From an uncultured Verrucomicrobiae bacterium (GTDB lineage Bacteria; Verrucomicrobiota; Verrucomicrobiia; Chthoniobacterales; JAFAMB01): 64,000 nt of DNA. Positions 21,881 through 31,034 of this stretch are shown piece after piece (within the stretch, counting starts at the first letter, position 1; the number at the start of each line of letters is the position of its first letter). A program made the translations under genes and the position numbers. The notes under the pieces were generated by a model, which was not told the DNA's origin, searched no databases, and saw only the letters and a list, made by a program, of their open reading frames with translations. The stretch covers positions 37,140-101,139 of the forward strand of contig CAVXLD010000002.1 of the NCBI GenBank assembly GCA_963762565.1, given 5' to 3'.

Positions 21881-22998
21881 TACTTTGAAGCAGGTGAAGC
21901 CACTCGTTTGCGGCTACCGGCTAAATCTCCAAACAACCCCTGCGGTCGAGTAAGCATCATGATGATCAAGAGGAGCGAATAAAGGATCAAACGATTCTCT
22001 AAAAGCCCTTGTAATGGTGGCAAGTGGATTGGGATGACGCTCTCGAGCGCTTTCTGGAAGGCCGGCACGAAGTCGGTGTGCGCCAATGCCCGCAATAGTT
22101 CCGGCAAGATAGTCAGGAGAATTGCCGCGAGTATCACTCCGGTCGTACTGCCCATGCCGCCGAGAATGACCATCACGACCACATCAACTGACTTAAAAAA
22201 GTTAAATCCTTCCGGAGTCAAATACCCGGTGTAATGAGCAAACAAAGAGCCGGCAGTGCCGGCGAAAAAGGCGCCAACCACAAACGCAATCACTTTATAT
22301 TTCGTGGTATTGATCCCCATGGCTTCAGCGGCCACTTCATCGTCACGGACAGTCAGAAAAGCGCGGCCATAAGTGGAGTTTACCAAACCGAGGACGATAT
22401 AGACGGCAACGGCAGCAATGCCGAACGTCCAAAACATGTTGGTATAAGTCCCCGTCACGCTCATGCCGCGAGCTGCACCTAGGAAATCAATATTCAGAAT
22501 GAGCGTACGAATGATTTCTCCGAACCCGAGGGTCACAATAGCGAGATAGTCACCTCGCAACCTCAGCGACGGGATACCGACCGCCAGGCCGGCCAGGGCA
22601 GCCAGAAAACCGCCGAACAGAGTCGCAATTGCCAAATCCAGATTGTCTGCGACCGCGGTTGGAAGCGCAAACGGCTGCAAAAATGGAAACGGCTTTAACA
22701 CGAAAGTCAGAATGCCGTTTGATCCCGCCAAAAAGTTGACTAGACCTGGACCCAAGTGAGCGGTCCAACTGCCGGCCGCGTAGGCGCCCACCGCCATAAA
22801 ACCGGCATGACCCAAAGAAAATTGCCCGGTATAACCGTTTACCAGGTTCAAACTAACAGCGAGAACCACATTAATCCCGATGTTGATCAGGATGTCGTAG
22901 TAATAAGCTAAATGGGCCGCAAACGGGCGCTCGCCGGTAAGCGCAAACACATAGAGAAGAAGCAGAAAGACCCCCAGGATCGTACGCGCTCGGCTCAT
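21880..22998 (-). CDS. livM: Branched-chain amino acid ABC transporter permease
   Basis: GQFSLGHAGF, LRLRGDYLAIVTLGFGEI. Confidence 0.92.
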   Translation of the reverse strand: MSRARTILGVFLLLLYVFALTGERPFAAHLAYYYDILINIGINVVLAVSLNLVNGYTGQFSLGHAGFMAVGAYAAGSWTAHLGPGLVNFLAGSNGILTFVLKPFPFLQPFALPTAVADNLDLAIATLFGGFLAALAGLAVGIPSLRLRGDYLAIVTLGFGEIIRTLILNIDFLGAARGMSVTGTYTNMFWTFGIAAVAVYIVLGLVNSTYGRAFLTVRDDEVAAEAMGINTTKYKVIAFVVGAFFAGTAGSLFAHYTGYLTPEGFNFFKSVDVVVMVILGGMGSTTGVILAAILLTILPELLRALAHTDFVPAFQKALESVIPIHLPPLQGLLENRLILYSLLLIIMMLTRPQGLFGDLAGSRKRVASPASK

Positions 22999-23996
22999 AC
23001 TTTTTCCCGTTCAACGCGACCGAAAATGCCTGTTGGCTTGAAGAGCAAGATAATGATAAGCACCGCGAAAGCGATGGCGTCGCGAAGTTGAGACAAGCCC
23101 TCGGGAAACAAATAGTGGAGGAAAGGAAACCAGTTCGCTAAATCGTTGGAATATCCTACCACCAGCGTCTCCAAAACCCCGATAATTAATCCGCCTACGA
23201 CCGCTCCGTTAATGTTTCCGATGCCACCCAGTACAGCCGCCACGAACGCTTTTATCCCTGGCAAATTACCCATCAGGGGATTGATCGAAGGCGAATCCAT
23301 CGCCACTAAAATTCCAGCAGCAGCTGCCAAAGCTGAGCCAAGCGCAAAAGTGAACGAAATCACGAGTCCGTTGTTCACGCCCATCAGAGAACAAGCGGTT
23401 GGGTTTACGGACAACGCTCTCATTGCCAGACCGAGTTTCGTCTTCATGACGATCAATCGGAGGAATACCATAAGCACAATGGTTGAGATGATAATCGCCG
23501 CTTGACTGCTCAATACCGTGAGATCTCCCAGGCCCTCGATCGCTCGAACTGGGATCAGCTGTTTGAAGGCTTGCGGCTGAGCCCCAACGAAGAACTGGGT
23601 CATGTTTTGTAAGAACAGAGAGACGCCAATGGCGGTGATTAGTACCGTCAATCGGGGTCGGTCCCGTAACGGTCGATAAGCGATCCGCTCGATTGCTACG
23701 CCAAGGATGGCGCAGAAAATCATCGCACCCAGCATCACGATCGCGGTGCAAGCAAATATCGGGACGAACGTGTGCCGACTGATCGCATTGAACTGGTCCA
23801 AAGGGATGAACTTGTAGAGCAAGTTCGTAATGGCGAAACCGGCATACGCACCCAGCATATAGACATCGCCATGCGCGAAATTAATGAACCGTAAGACCCC
23901 GTACACCATGGTGTAGCCGAGGGCGATCAGAGCATAGATCGAACCCAGCGAGAGGCCGTTTAGTAGCTGCTGTAGGAAAAGTATGACTTGTGCCAT
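22995..23996 (-). CDS. livH: Branched-chain amino acid ABC transporter permease
   Basis: YALIALGYTMVYGVLRFINFAHG, KAFVAAVLGGIG. Confidence 0.93.
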   Translation of the reverse strand: MAQVILFLQQLLNGLSLGSIYALIALGYTMVYGVLRFINFAHGDVYMLGAYAGFAITNLLYKFIPLDQFNAISRHTFVPIFACTAIVMLGAMIFCAILGVAIERIAYRPLRDRPRLTVLITAIGVSLFLQNMTQFFVGAQPQAFKQLIPVRAIEGLGDLTVLSSQAAIIISTIVLMVFLRLIVMKTKLGLAMRALSVNPTACSLMGVNNGLVISFTFALGSALAAAAGILVAMDSPSINPLMGNLPGIKAFVAAVLGGIGNINGAVVGGLIIGVLETLVVGYSNDLANWFPFLHYLFPEGLSQLRDAIAFAVLIIILLFKPTGIFGRVEREKV

Positions 23997-24093
23997 CGAT
24001 TGATCGTGGATCCCTGAGCTCGTCCCGCTTGCCTGGGGCCTATATTCAGCGCATTTCAGGTATTTAGGCCAGAATTTTTAACCGCAAACCCGT

Positions 24094-25245
24094 TCACGGT
24101 TCCACCCTCTGCACCATTTTGACCTGACCGTTTGCGATAGTGACGACGACCACCGGCTTACTCGCGTTGCGTTGTTCGTCCAGCGAAATATTGCCCGTCA
24201 CACCCGGAAAACCTTTCGTTGTGGCAAGGGCGTCCCGGATCTTAGCCGGTTCGGCGGAGCCGGCTCTCCGGATGGCATCGGCCAGCAGTCCGGCACCGTC
24301 ATACCACAACGCAGCTAGGGCGTCAGGGGACGTCCCGTACTTGGCTTTATAAGCCCGGACAAAAGTTTGGACCAACGGCTCCGGGTCATCTGGAGAAAAA
24401 TGATTGGTATAGAAACTCCCGTCAGCGCTCTTTCCCGCGACGGAGACCAAGGAAGGACTATCCCAACCTTCACCGCCCACGAATGGCGCTTTTACTCCTA
24501 GTTGACGGGCCTCCCTTAAGATTAAGGCGGCTTCGGTGTAGTACGCCGGCACAAAAACCACATCGGGTTGCAGGCTTTTTAACGATGAAAGCTGCGCCCG
24601 AAAATCGGTATCACCACTACTGAAACTGAATTCTTCCAGAACTTGTCCTCCTTGTTGGCGGTAATAAGAGCTCAGTTCTGCGCTTACGCCGATACTGTAG
24701 TCTTGTTTGACGTCGGTCAGGATAACCGCACGCCGAGCATTAAGATGATCGATGGCAAATCGGGCCATAATCCGCCCGGTAAACGGATCAGTAAAACAAC
24801 TTCGAAACACGTAATCGCCCACTTTAGTGACGGAAATTGCGGTGGCCGTGGGTGTGATCAGGGGAACATGGGCTTCCTGGGCCAAAGGAGCAGCTTCCAT
24901 GGTCGCAGACGACGTAAGGTCGCCGAGAATCGCTACCACATGGTCTTGGGACAGGAATTTCCGGGCTATCCGCGCCGTCTCTCCCGCCTTTGAACCATTG
25001 TCGTCAACAATCAGGTCGATCGGCTGCCCCAGAACACCGCCCTTGGCGTTGATCTCCTCCGCCGCCATCCGCGCACCTCGAATACTGGAGACACCGAAAG
25101 TAGAGAGCGGACCACTGACACAGCTGACAGCGCCGATCTTGATTTGGGCGACCGCGGGCAGGGCGAAGAGGAAAATCGTGAGAAGTGAGACGAGAGAAGT
25201 GAAAGGTGAAAGGTCGGCCAGGAGCAGCCGGGATATCCTCCGCAA
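24094..25245 (-). CDS. Liv-type periplasmic substrate-binding protein (start uncertain; TTG at 25245 proposed)
   Basis: IKIG, GGVLG, FRSCFTD, DFRAQL; paralog of 25629..26756. Confidence 0.88.
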   Translation of the reverse strand: MRRISRLLLADLSPFTSLVSLLTIFLFALPAVAQIKIGAVSCVSGPLSTFGVSSIRGARMAAEEINAKGGVLGQPIDLIVDDNGSKAGETARIARKFLSQDHVVAILGDLTSSATMEAAPLAQEAHVPLITPTATAISVTKVGDYVFRSCFTDPFTGRIMARFAIDHLNARRAVILTDVKQDYSIGVSAELSSYYRQQGGQVLEEFSFSSGDTDFRAQLSSLKSLQPDVVFVPAYYTEAALILREARQLGVKAPFVGGEGWDSPSLVSVAGKSADGSFYTNHFSPDDPEPLVQTFVRAYKAKYGTSPDALAALWYDGAGLLADAIRRAGSAEPAKIRDALATTKGFPGVTGNISLDEQRNASKPVVVVTIANGQVKMVQRVEP

Positions 25246-25304
25246 CGTGCAGGAAAGGTGATTGGTGATTTGTGATTGGTAAAAGACGGTGAGTCGTCTC
25301 GGAC

Positions 25305-25545
25305 TGGTGGGGCGAGGCTCCCGCAAGTCCCTAAGGGTTTCGCAGGGCAAACAGTTCCTCATAGGGCAAGATACGCAACGCCTAACAACGCGCCGAGCCG
25401 CGGCTCACCAGGGGTGTACGGCTCGGCAGGTTTGAGACATTGGAAGAGAAGTATTCGGCTGTGATGGTTCCGCTTTTGGCCCTTCTAGGCCGTTCCGGAG
25501 CCCGCCTCCGCCAAGCCTACGGCGCGGCAAGCTCTCGCCCCAGCA
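25305..25545. repeat. Family A element, copy with a disrupted right end
   Basis: tggtggggcgaggctcccg; gccgagccg...cggctcggc; right arm ggagc...ctcgcccca interrupted by about 30 bp. Confidence 0.65.
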
Positions 25546-25628
25546 AGTCGGCCCCATTCGGCATACACCGCCAATCACTTCTCACGTCTCACTTCTCACC
25601 TCTCACGAAGCCAGCCGTTTCAGCTGGC

Positions 25629-26756
25629 TTATTTCGGTTCTATCGTTTCGAAATAGTGCTGGGCGCCGTCTTTGATCGTGATGATCACGGCGGACTTATT
25701 GGCATTTCGCTCAGGATTGATCGTGATACTGCCGGTTACCCCTGGGAAATCTTTGGTGCTGGCGATGGCGTCGCGCAATTTCTCCGGATCCGTACCTCCC
25801 GCTCGTTTGATCGCGTCAGCCAGCAGATTAACGGCGTCGTAACCGAGGGCAGCGAAAGCGTCGGGTAGCTTGCCATTGTATTTCTGTTTGTATTTCTGGA
25901 CGAATTCTTGAACAGCAGGCGATTTGCCTTCCGTGGAGAAATGGTTCGAGAAGTAGGAGCCTTCAATCGCCTTGCCGGCCACAGGGATCAACGAAGCTCC
26001 GTCCCAACCATCGCCACCGCAGAAGGCGGCTTTGATACCGAGCTGCCGGCCTTGCCGAACGATCAGGGAGACCTCCGGATAATAACCGGTTATAATGATG
26101 ACATCCGGGTTAGCCGACTTGATATCGGTCAGTTGCGCGCGGAAATCCTTGTCCCCGGAGCTATAGCTCTGTTCCTTGACGATCTGGCCGCCGTTTTTCA
26201 GGAAATAATCTTTGGCGAACTGGGTGAGCCCGACGCTGTAGTCCTGTTTCACATCCGTCATGAAAGCGACTTTGTTCTTGTGCAGCTTTTCCAGCACAAA
26301 ACGCGCGATCACGACCGCCTGAAAGTCATCAATAAAACAGACCCGGAAAATGTAGTCACCAACTTGAGTCACCTTCGGATTCGTGGCCGCCGTGGCGATT
26401 AGAGGGATCTTGTTCTCTTGGGCGACCGGTGCTGCTTCCAGAGTCTTCGAAGAAGCAACTTCTCCGATCAACGCCACGACATGATCCTGAGAAATCAGCT
26501 TTCGGACGATCGTGGTCGTCTGGCCCTGCTTGGTCTGATTGTCCTCGACCGTCAGATCGATCTTTTTGCCGAGAACACCGCCGGCATTATTGATTTCTTC
26601 CACCGCCATTTGGACTCCTTCGTTTTGCGAAGTGCCAAAGCTGGCGTTGTCGCCGGTTAAAGAACCAAACTCGCCGATTTTGATGGTATCCTGCGAAAAG
26701 GCAGGAAGACACAGCCCCAGAAAGGAGCACAGGGAAAGGAACAGCCGCCGTTTCAT
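25629..26756 (-). CDS. Liv-type periplasmic substrate-binding protein
   Basis: Signal peptide; IKIGEFGSLTG, FRVCFID, DFRAQL. Confidence 0.92.
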   Translation of the reverse strand: MKRRLFLSLCSFLGLCLPAFSQDTIKIGEFGSLTGDNASFGTSQNEGVQMAVEEINNAGGVLGKKIDLTVEDNQTKQGQTTTIVRKLISQDHVVALIGEVASSKTLEAAPVAQENKIPLIATAATNPKVTQVGDYIFRVCFIDDFQAVVIARFVLEKLHKNKVAFMTDVKQDYSVGLTQFAKDYFLKNGGQIVKEQSYSSGDKDFRAQLTDIKSANPDVIIITGYYPEVSLIVRQGRQLGIKAAFCGGDGWDGASLIPVAGKAIEGSYFSNHFSTEGKSPAVQEFVQKYKQKYNGKLPDAFAALGYDAVNLLADAIKRAGGTDPEKLRDAIASTKDFPGVTGSITINPERNANKSAVIITIKDGAQHYFETIEPK

Positions 26757-26813
26757 TAGGCGGATATAACGAATCGTTGAGCAAACTGCAATGGGGTTTG
26801 TAGTGGGAGTGCA

Positions 26814-27027
26814 GGTAGGGCGAGGCTCCGGAACGGCCTGCCTATATCTGCGGAGAGCTTTTGCCCGACATGCCTATAGGACATGCGGGACCTGAAAAGC
26901 TGCCGAGCCGGACCTAAGACGCGCCAACCCAACGGCTCGGCGCGATTGACGGTCTAATCACGGTTTGGGCCAAGAACATTCAGTTCTTCGCGAAGGCGAA
27001 CAGGCCATTCGGGAGCCTCGCCCCACC
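26814..27027. repeat. Family A element
   Basis: ggtagggcgaggctccggaacggcctg / caggccattcgggagcctcgccccacc; inner gccgagccg / cggctcggc. Confidence 0.85.
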
Positions 27028-27051
27028 AAAGCGTTCGCCCTGTCGCTCCTT

Positions 27052-27660
27052 CTACGCTGCCGCTTCTACCTCTTCACCGACGGCAAATCGGGCAAACCGG
27101 CGGATGACGATGTTCTCGCCAAGTTCAGCGATTTTCGATGCAACGAGGTCCTTAATCGTTTTATCCGGGTCCTTGATGAAAGCTTGATCAAGTAAACAGA
27201 CGCTGCCGTAAAACTTATCAAGTTTACCGTCCACGATTTTCTCGACGACGTTGGCGGGTTTACCCTTCACTTGTTCCCGATAGATTTCGCGTTCCCGCTC
27301 GACTAGGGCTTCAGGCACCTCATCCCGTACGACATAGATCGGATGGGCGGCCGCGATATGAAGGGTGAGATCTTTGACGAGCTCACGGAAGATGTCGTTC
27401 TTGGCGACAAAGTCGGTTTCACAATTCACTTCCACCAGAACGCCCACTTTGCCATGCAAATGGATGTAGGATGCAACCACGCCTTCCTTCACAGACCGGC
27501 TGGCCTTTTTGGAAGCGCTAGCAATGCCTTTTTTTCGAAGAATATCCTCTGCTTTTTCAAGATCGCCGCCGGCCTCAACCAGGGCTTTCTTGCAATCCAT
27601 CATACCAGCGTTTGTCTTTTCGCGAAGTTGTTTGACCAGAGTGGGACTTACGTCTGACAT
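27052..27660 (-). CDS. tsf: Elongation factor Ts (short form, about 200 aa)
   Basis: LREKTNAGMMDCKKAL, EVNCETDFVA. Confidence 0.96.
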   Translation of the reverse strand: MSDVSPTLVKQLREKTNAGMMDCKKALVEAGGDLEKAEDILRKKGIASASKKASRSVKEGVVASYIHLHGKVGVLVEVNCETDFVAKNDIFRELVKDLTLHIAAAHPIYVVRDEVPEALVEREREIYREQVKGKPANVVEKIVDGKLDKFYGSVCLLDQAFIKDPDKTIKDLVASKIAELGENIVIRRFARFAVGEEVEAAA

Positions 27661-27713
27661 AAGCGTGACAATCAAGCTTCCCGGCCTCCTAGGCCAGGAG
27701 GCGAAGAAGTTTC

Positions 27714-28442
27714 CTATCCAGCGACGGCGGCGAGTGCTGCAGCGCTAGTTTTCTCTTGTTCGTGGGAAGCGGTGTAAATCGCGTCTACCAATTTCTGCAG
27801 AATGACCCGAATCGCGCGAATGGCATCATCATTACCAGCGATCGGGTAGGTCACTAGGTCGGGATCGGCGTTGGTGTCAACGATGGCGACGGTGGGGATA
27901 CGAAGCCTCTTCGCTTCAGCCACGGCAATGCCCTCTCGCATCGTATCAATGATGACCAAGGCATCGGGCAGGCTCGACATGGTGCGAATCCCTTCCAGGT
28001 TTCTGCGGAGCTTCTCAGCTTCCCGGCGTAGTGCCGAAAGCTCTTGTTTGCCCATTTGGGAATATTCCGGCGATTGCTCGATCTGCTCGAGATAGGTCAG
28101 CCGGGCTACGCTCTTGCGAATAGTAGTAAGATTGGTCAGGGTGCCACCCAACCAGCGCTGATTCACGTAAAATTGACCGCAAGCGTGAGCTGCTTCTTTA
28201 ACCGCTTCCTGAGCTTGTTTCTTGCAACCGATAAAAAGGACCTTACCACCACCTCGCGCTACACCCGATAAAAACTCGGTAGCGCCGTGCAGCTGCCTTA
28301 CCGTCTCGGACAAATTAATGATATAGATCGAGTTCCTTTGCTCGAAGATGAAGGGCTTCATCTTCGGGTTCCAGCGCTTGGTTTGATGCCCAAAATGAAC
28401 CCCTGCCTCGAGGAGCTCGGTCATTAATTCCAGTGAAGACAT
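27714..28442 (-). CDS. rpsB: 30S ribosomal protein S2
   Basis: LLEAGVHFGHQTKRWNPKM, RWLGGTLTN, GNDDAIR. Confidence 0.97.
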   Translation of the reverse strand: MSSLELMTELLEAGVHFGHQTKRWNPKMKPFIFEQRNSIYIINLSETVRQLHGATEFLSGVARGGGKVLFIGCKKQAQEAVKEAAHACGQFYVNQRWLGGTLTNLTTIRKSVARLTYLEQIEQSPEYSQMGKQELSALRREAEKLRRNLEGIRTMSSLPDALVIIDTMREGIAVAEAKRLRIPTVAIVDTNADPDLVTYPIAGNDDAIRAIRVILQKLVDAIYTASHEQEKTSAAALAAVAG

Positions 28443-28632
28443 ACGGTATTCGACGAGTAGGATCCCGGTTTTGGCCGGAGTCGGTGACTATGGTTCATGC
28501 ACCAAAACGGTGCAAGTGGAAAAAGATCCAGATTCCTGGGTATATCTCAACCCATTTCCCCATCTCTTTAGCGATCAAGGGGAGCTAAAGCCACCACGAA
28601 CCTTACCACTGCCAAAAACAAAAATCCAATCT

Positions 28633-30126
28633 ATGAGAACCGACCTCGCGAAGGTTCGGGCACTTGCCCGCGTTAGTTTACACCGTAACCGATCACTACG
28701 AGCCCGCCTCGCCGTGGTGTCAACTCTAGCCGCCGGCTTTGTCGTCATGGCGGCACCGTTGCATGCTCAGTTCGTCTACGTGGCAAATACGAACAGTAAT
28801 AATGTCTCGGGCTACAGCCTCGGCGCAAACGGCGCCCTGACGGCCGTCTCAGGTTCTCCCTTTGCGGCGGGGAGGGATCCGGCGTCGGTGGCGGTAGACC
28901 CGACAGCTAAGTTCGCTTACGTGGTGAACGAGGACATCCCCGGCAGCGTCTCGGCTTACAGCATTGGCGCAAACGGCGCACTAACGCCTGTCCCAGGTTC
29001 TCCCTTTGCGGCGGGCAACGAACCCGAGTCAGTGGCGGTGGACCCAAAAGCCAAGTTCGTCTACGTGGCAAACGAGCAGGACAATACCGTCTCCGCTTAT
29101 ACAATCGGTGCAAACGGGGCCTTGACCCCTATCTCAGGTTCTCCCTTTGCGGCGGGGCCGGGATCCGATTCAGTGGTGGTAGATCCGACAGGCAAGTTTG
29201 CCTACGTGGCAAACTCGTTCGGCAACTCCGTCTCGGCTTACAGCATCGATGCAAACGGGGCCCTAACGCCCGTCACGGGTTCACCCTTTGCGGCGGGGAG
29301 CGAGTCCATTAGAGTGACGGTAAACCCAACAGGCAAGTTCGCCTACGTGGCAAACTTGGGGGACAATACCATCTCGGCTTACAGGATCGGTGCAAACGGC
29401 GCGCTGACACCCGTTAGAGGTTCGCCCTTTGCGGCGGGAGGCGGGACAGAATCGGTGACGGTTGACCCAACAGGCCAGTTCGCCTACGTGGGGAGCGAAG
29501 TCGACGGCGTCTTCGCCTACAGCATCGGTGCAAACGGCGCGCTGACACCCGTTCCAGGTTCGCCCTTTCCGGGGAGCTTTACCATTTCAGTGGCAATAGA
29601 TCCCACAGCCAAGTTCGCCTACACGACAGGTTTCAGCGCCAATACCCTCCTGGCCTACAGCATCGGTTCAAACGGCGCCCTGACATCCGTTCCAGGTTCG
29701 CCCTTTGCTGCGGGAAGCGGGCCGTTTTCGGTGGTTGTGACCCCATTGGTCCCCTTTGCCGCCTCCTCGGCAACTCTCACCACCACGGTAGGACCACCGC
29801 CAACCTTCGATCTTAGCGATTCCTTCACGCTTGGCGCAAACAGCAACGGGATTGATCCTGTCACCGAAAAAATCACTCTAAAGATCGGGACCCATTCAGT
29901 AATGATTCCGGCTGGCGACTTCACTCAGATGCCCGATGGCAGCTTCGCATTCGACGGAACAATCAAAGGAGTGAGCTACGACATTACGATTGTTCCCCTC
30001 GGTAACAACCAGTTCACACTCACTGCAAACGGCACAGGCGTGGATTTAAGCAGTCTAGGGAAACGAGTCACAACCGTATTGACGATCGGAATTGATAGCG
30101 GCGCCGTCAAGGCACAGCATGAATAG
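28633..30126 (+). CDS. Secreted lactonase-like 7-bladed beta-propeller with a C-terminal beta-rich domain
   Basis: Seven ~45-aa repeats (FAYVAN..VSAYSIGANGALTPVPGSPFAAG..SVAVDP); signal peptide ending PLHA-Q. Confidence 0.8.
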   Translation: MRTDLAKVRALARVSLHRNRSLRARLAVVSTLAAGFVVMAAPLHAQFVYVANTNSNNVSGYSLGANGALTAVSGSPFAAGRDPASVAVDPTAKFAYVVNEDIPGSVSAYSIGANGALTPVPGSPFAAGNEPESVAVDPKAKFVYVANEQDNTVSAYTIGANGALTPISGSPFAAGPGSDSVVVDPTGKFAYVANSFGNSVSAYSIDANGALTPVTGSPFAAGSESIRVTVNPTGKFAYVANLGDNTISAYRIGANGALTPVRGSPFAAGGGTESVTVDPTGQFAYVGSEVDGVFAYSIGANGALTPVPGSPFPGSFTISVAIDPTAKFAYTTGFSANTLLAYSIGSNGALTSVPGSPFAAGSGPFSVVVTPLVPFAASSATLTTTVGPPPTFDLSDSFTLGANSNGIDPVTEKITLKIGTHSVMIPAGDFTQMPDGSFAFDGTIKGVSYDITIVPLGNNQFTLTANGTGVDLSSLGKRVTTVLTIGIDSGAVKAQHE

Positions 30127-30197
30127 CTGAGCCAATAGCGGCTGTCTTTTTAGCCATTTTGAGCGCGCCCCCAAGTGAGTTTGCCTCGACCGCCCGC

Positions 30198-30743
30198 TCA
30201 CGACTGCGCTCCGCTCTCGCCCTCCGCATACCGCGCAAATAACCACAGTACGTCCGACAGGCGGTTCAGATAACGGACAGTTTCCGGATTCACATATTCC
30301 GCGCTGTCAGCTAGTTCGACCACACGACGTTCGGCCCGGCGGCAAACGGTTCGGGCGACATCGAGAGCGGCGGCATCCAGAGTATGCCCAGGCGTCGCCC
30401 AGCGCTTGAACGAGATATGATGATTTTGTTCCAGGTCGTCGACGACCGAGGTCAGACGCTCGACCATCGGGGTAGTAACGATCTCGTACCCATCCCGTTG
30501 ATAACGTTCGCGGTCTTCGTCGGCGACCGCCAACTCTCCCATCAAAATGACCAATTCCTTTTGGACGGCTAGAACCGTCTTATGAATCAGTTCTGCTTTG
30601 GTTGTGGCTCGTACTAAGCCAAGCGCAGCATTGAGCTCATCTACCGTACCGTAGGCTTCGACGCGCCGGTTCATTTTAGGAACGCGGCGTCCGTACATCA
30701 AAGCCGTCTGCCCGGCATCTCCTGTTTTAGTCGCGATAGACAT
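30198..30743 (-). CDS. ATP:cob(I)alamin adenosyltransferase (PduO type)
   Basis: TKTGDAGQT, EAYGTVDELNA, ARTVCRRAER, YLNRLSD. Confidence 0.92.
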   Translation of the reverse strand: MSIATKTGDAGQTALMYGRRVPKMNRRVEAYGTVDELNAALGLVRATTKAELIHKTVLAVQKELVILMGELAVADEDRERYQRDGYEIVTTPMVERLTSVVDDLEQNHHISFKRWATPGHTLDAAALDVARTVCRRAERRVVELADSAEYVNPETVRYLNRLSDVLWLFARYAEGESGAQS

Positions 30744-31034
30744 GCTAAGAAGATAGCGTGTCCGCTGGCCCAAGACCGGGAGGGATCGCGTCCCCGCGAT
30801 CCGTTGTTCCCGAAGCCCAGCACTTTGGACGACCGAGGGTGAAAATGCACGGCAAGGCGCAAATACACGCTCGCGGCGCGCGAGGCCGCCGCCGCTTCGC
30901 TATGGCGCGCCCTGTCTGCGGGTTTGATAACGCCATAGACCCTGGCCGCGACGAAGGCCTTGCGTAGTCGGGACGCGCGCCCTCCCTGATGGGTGGTCGC
31001 GCGCGTCTCCAGCTGCCGTCCATGCCCAAACGAA

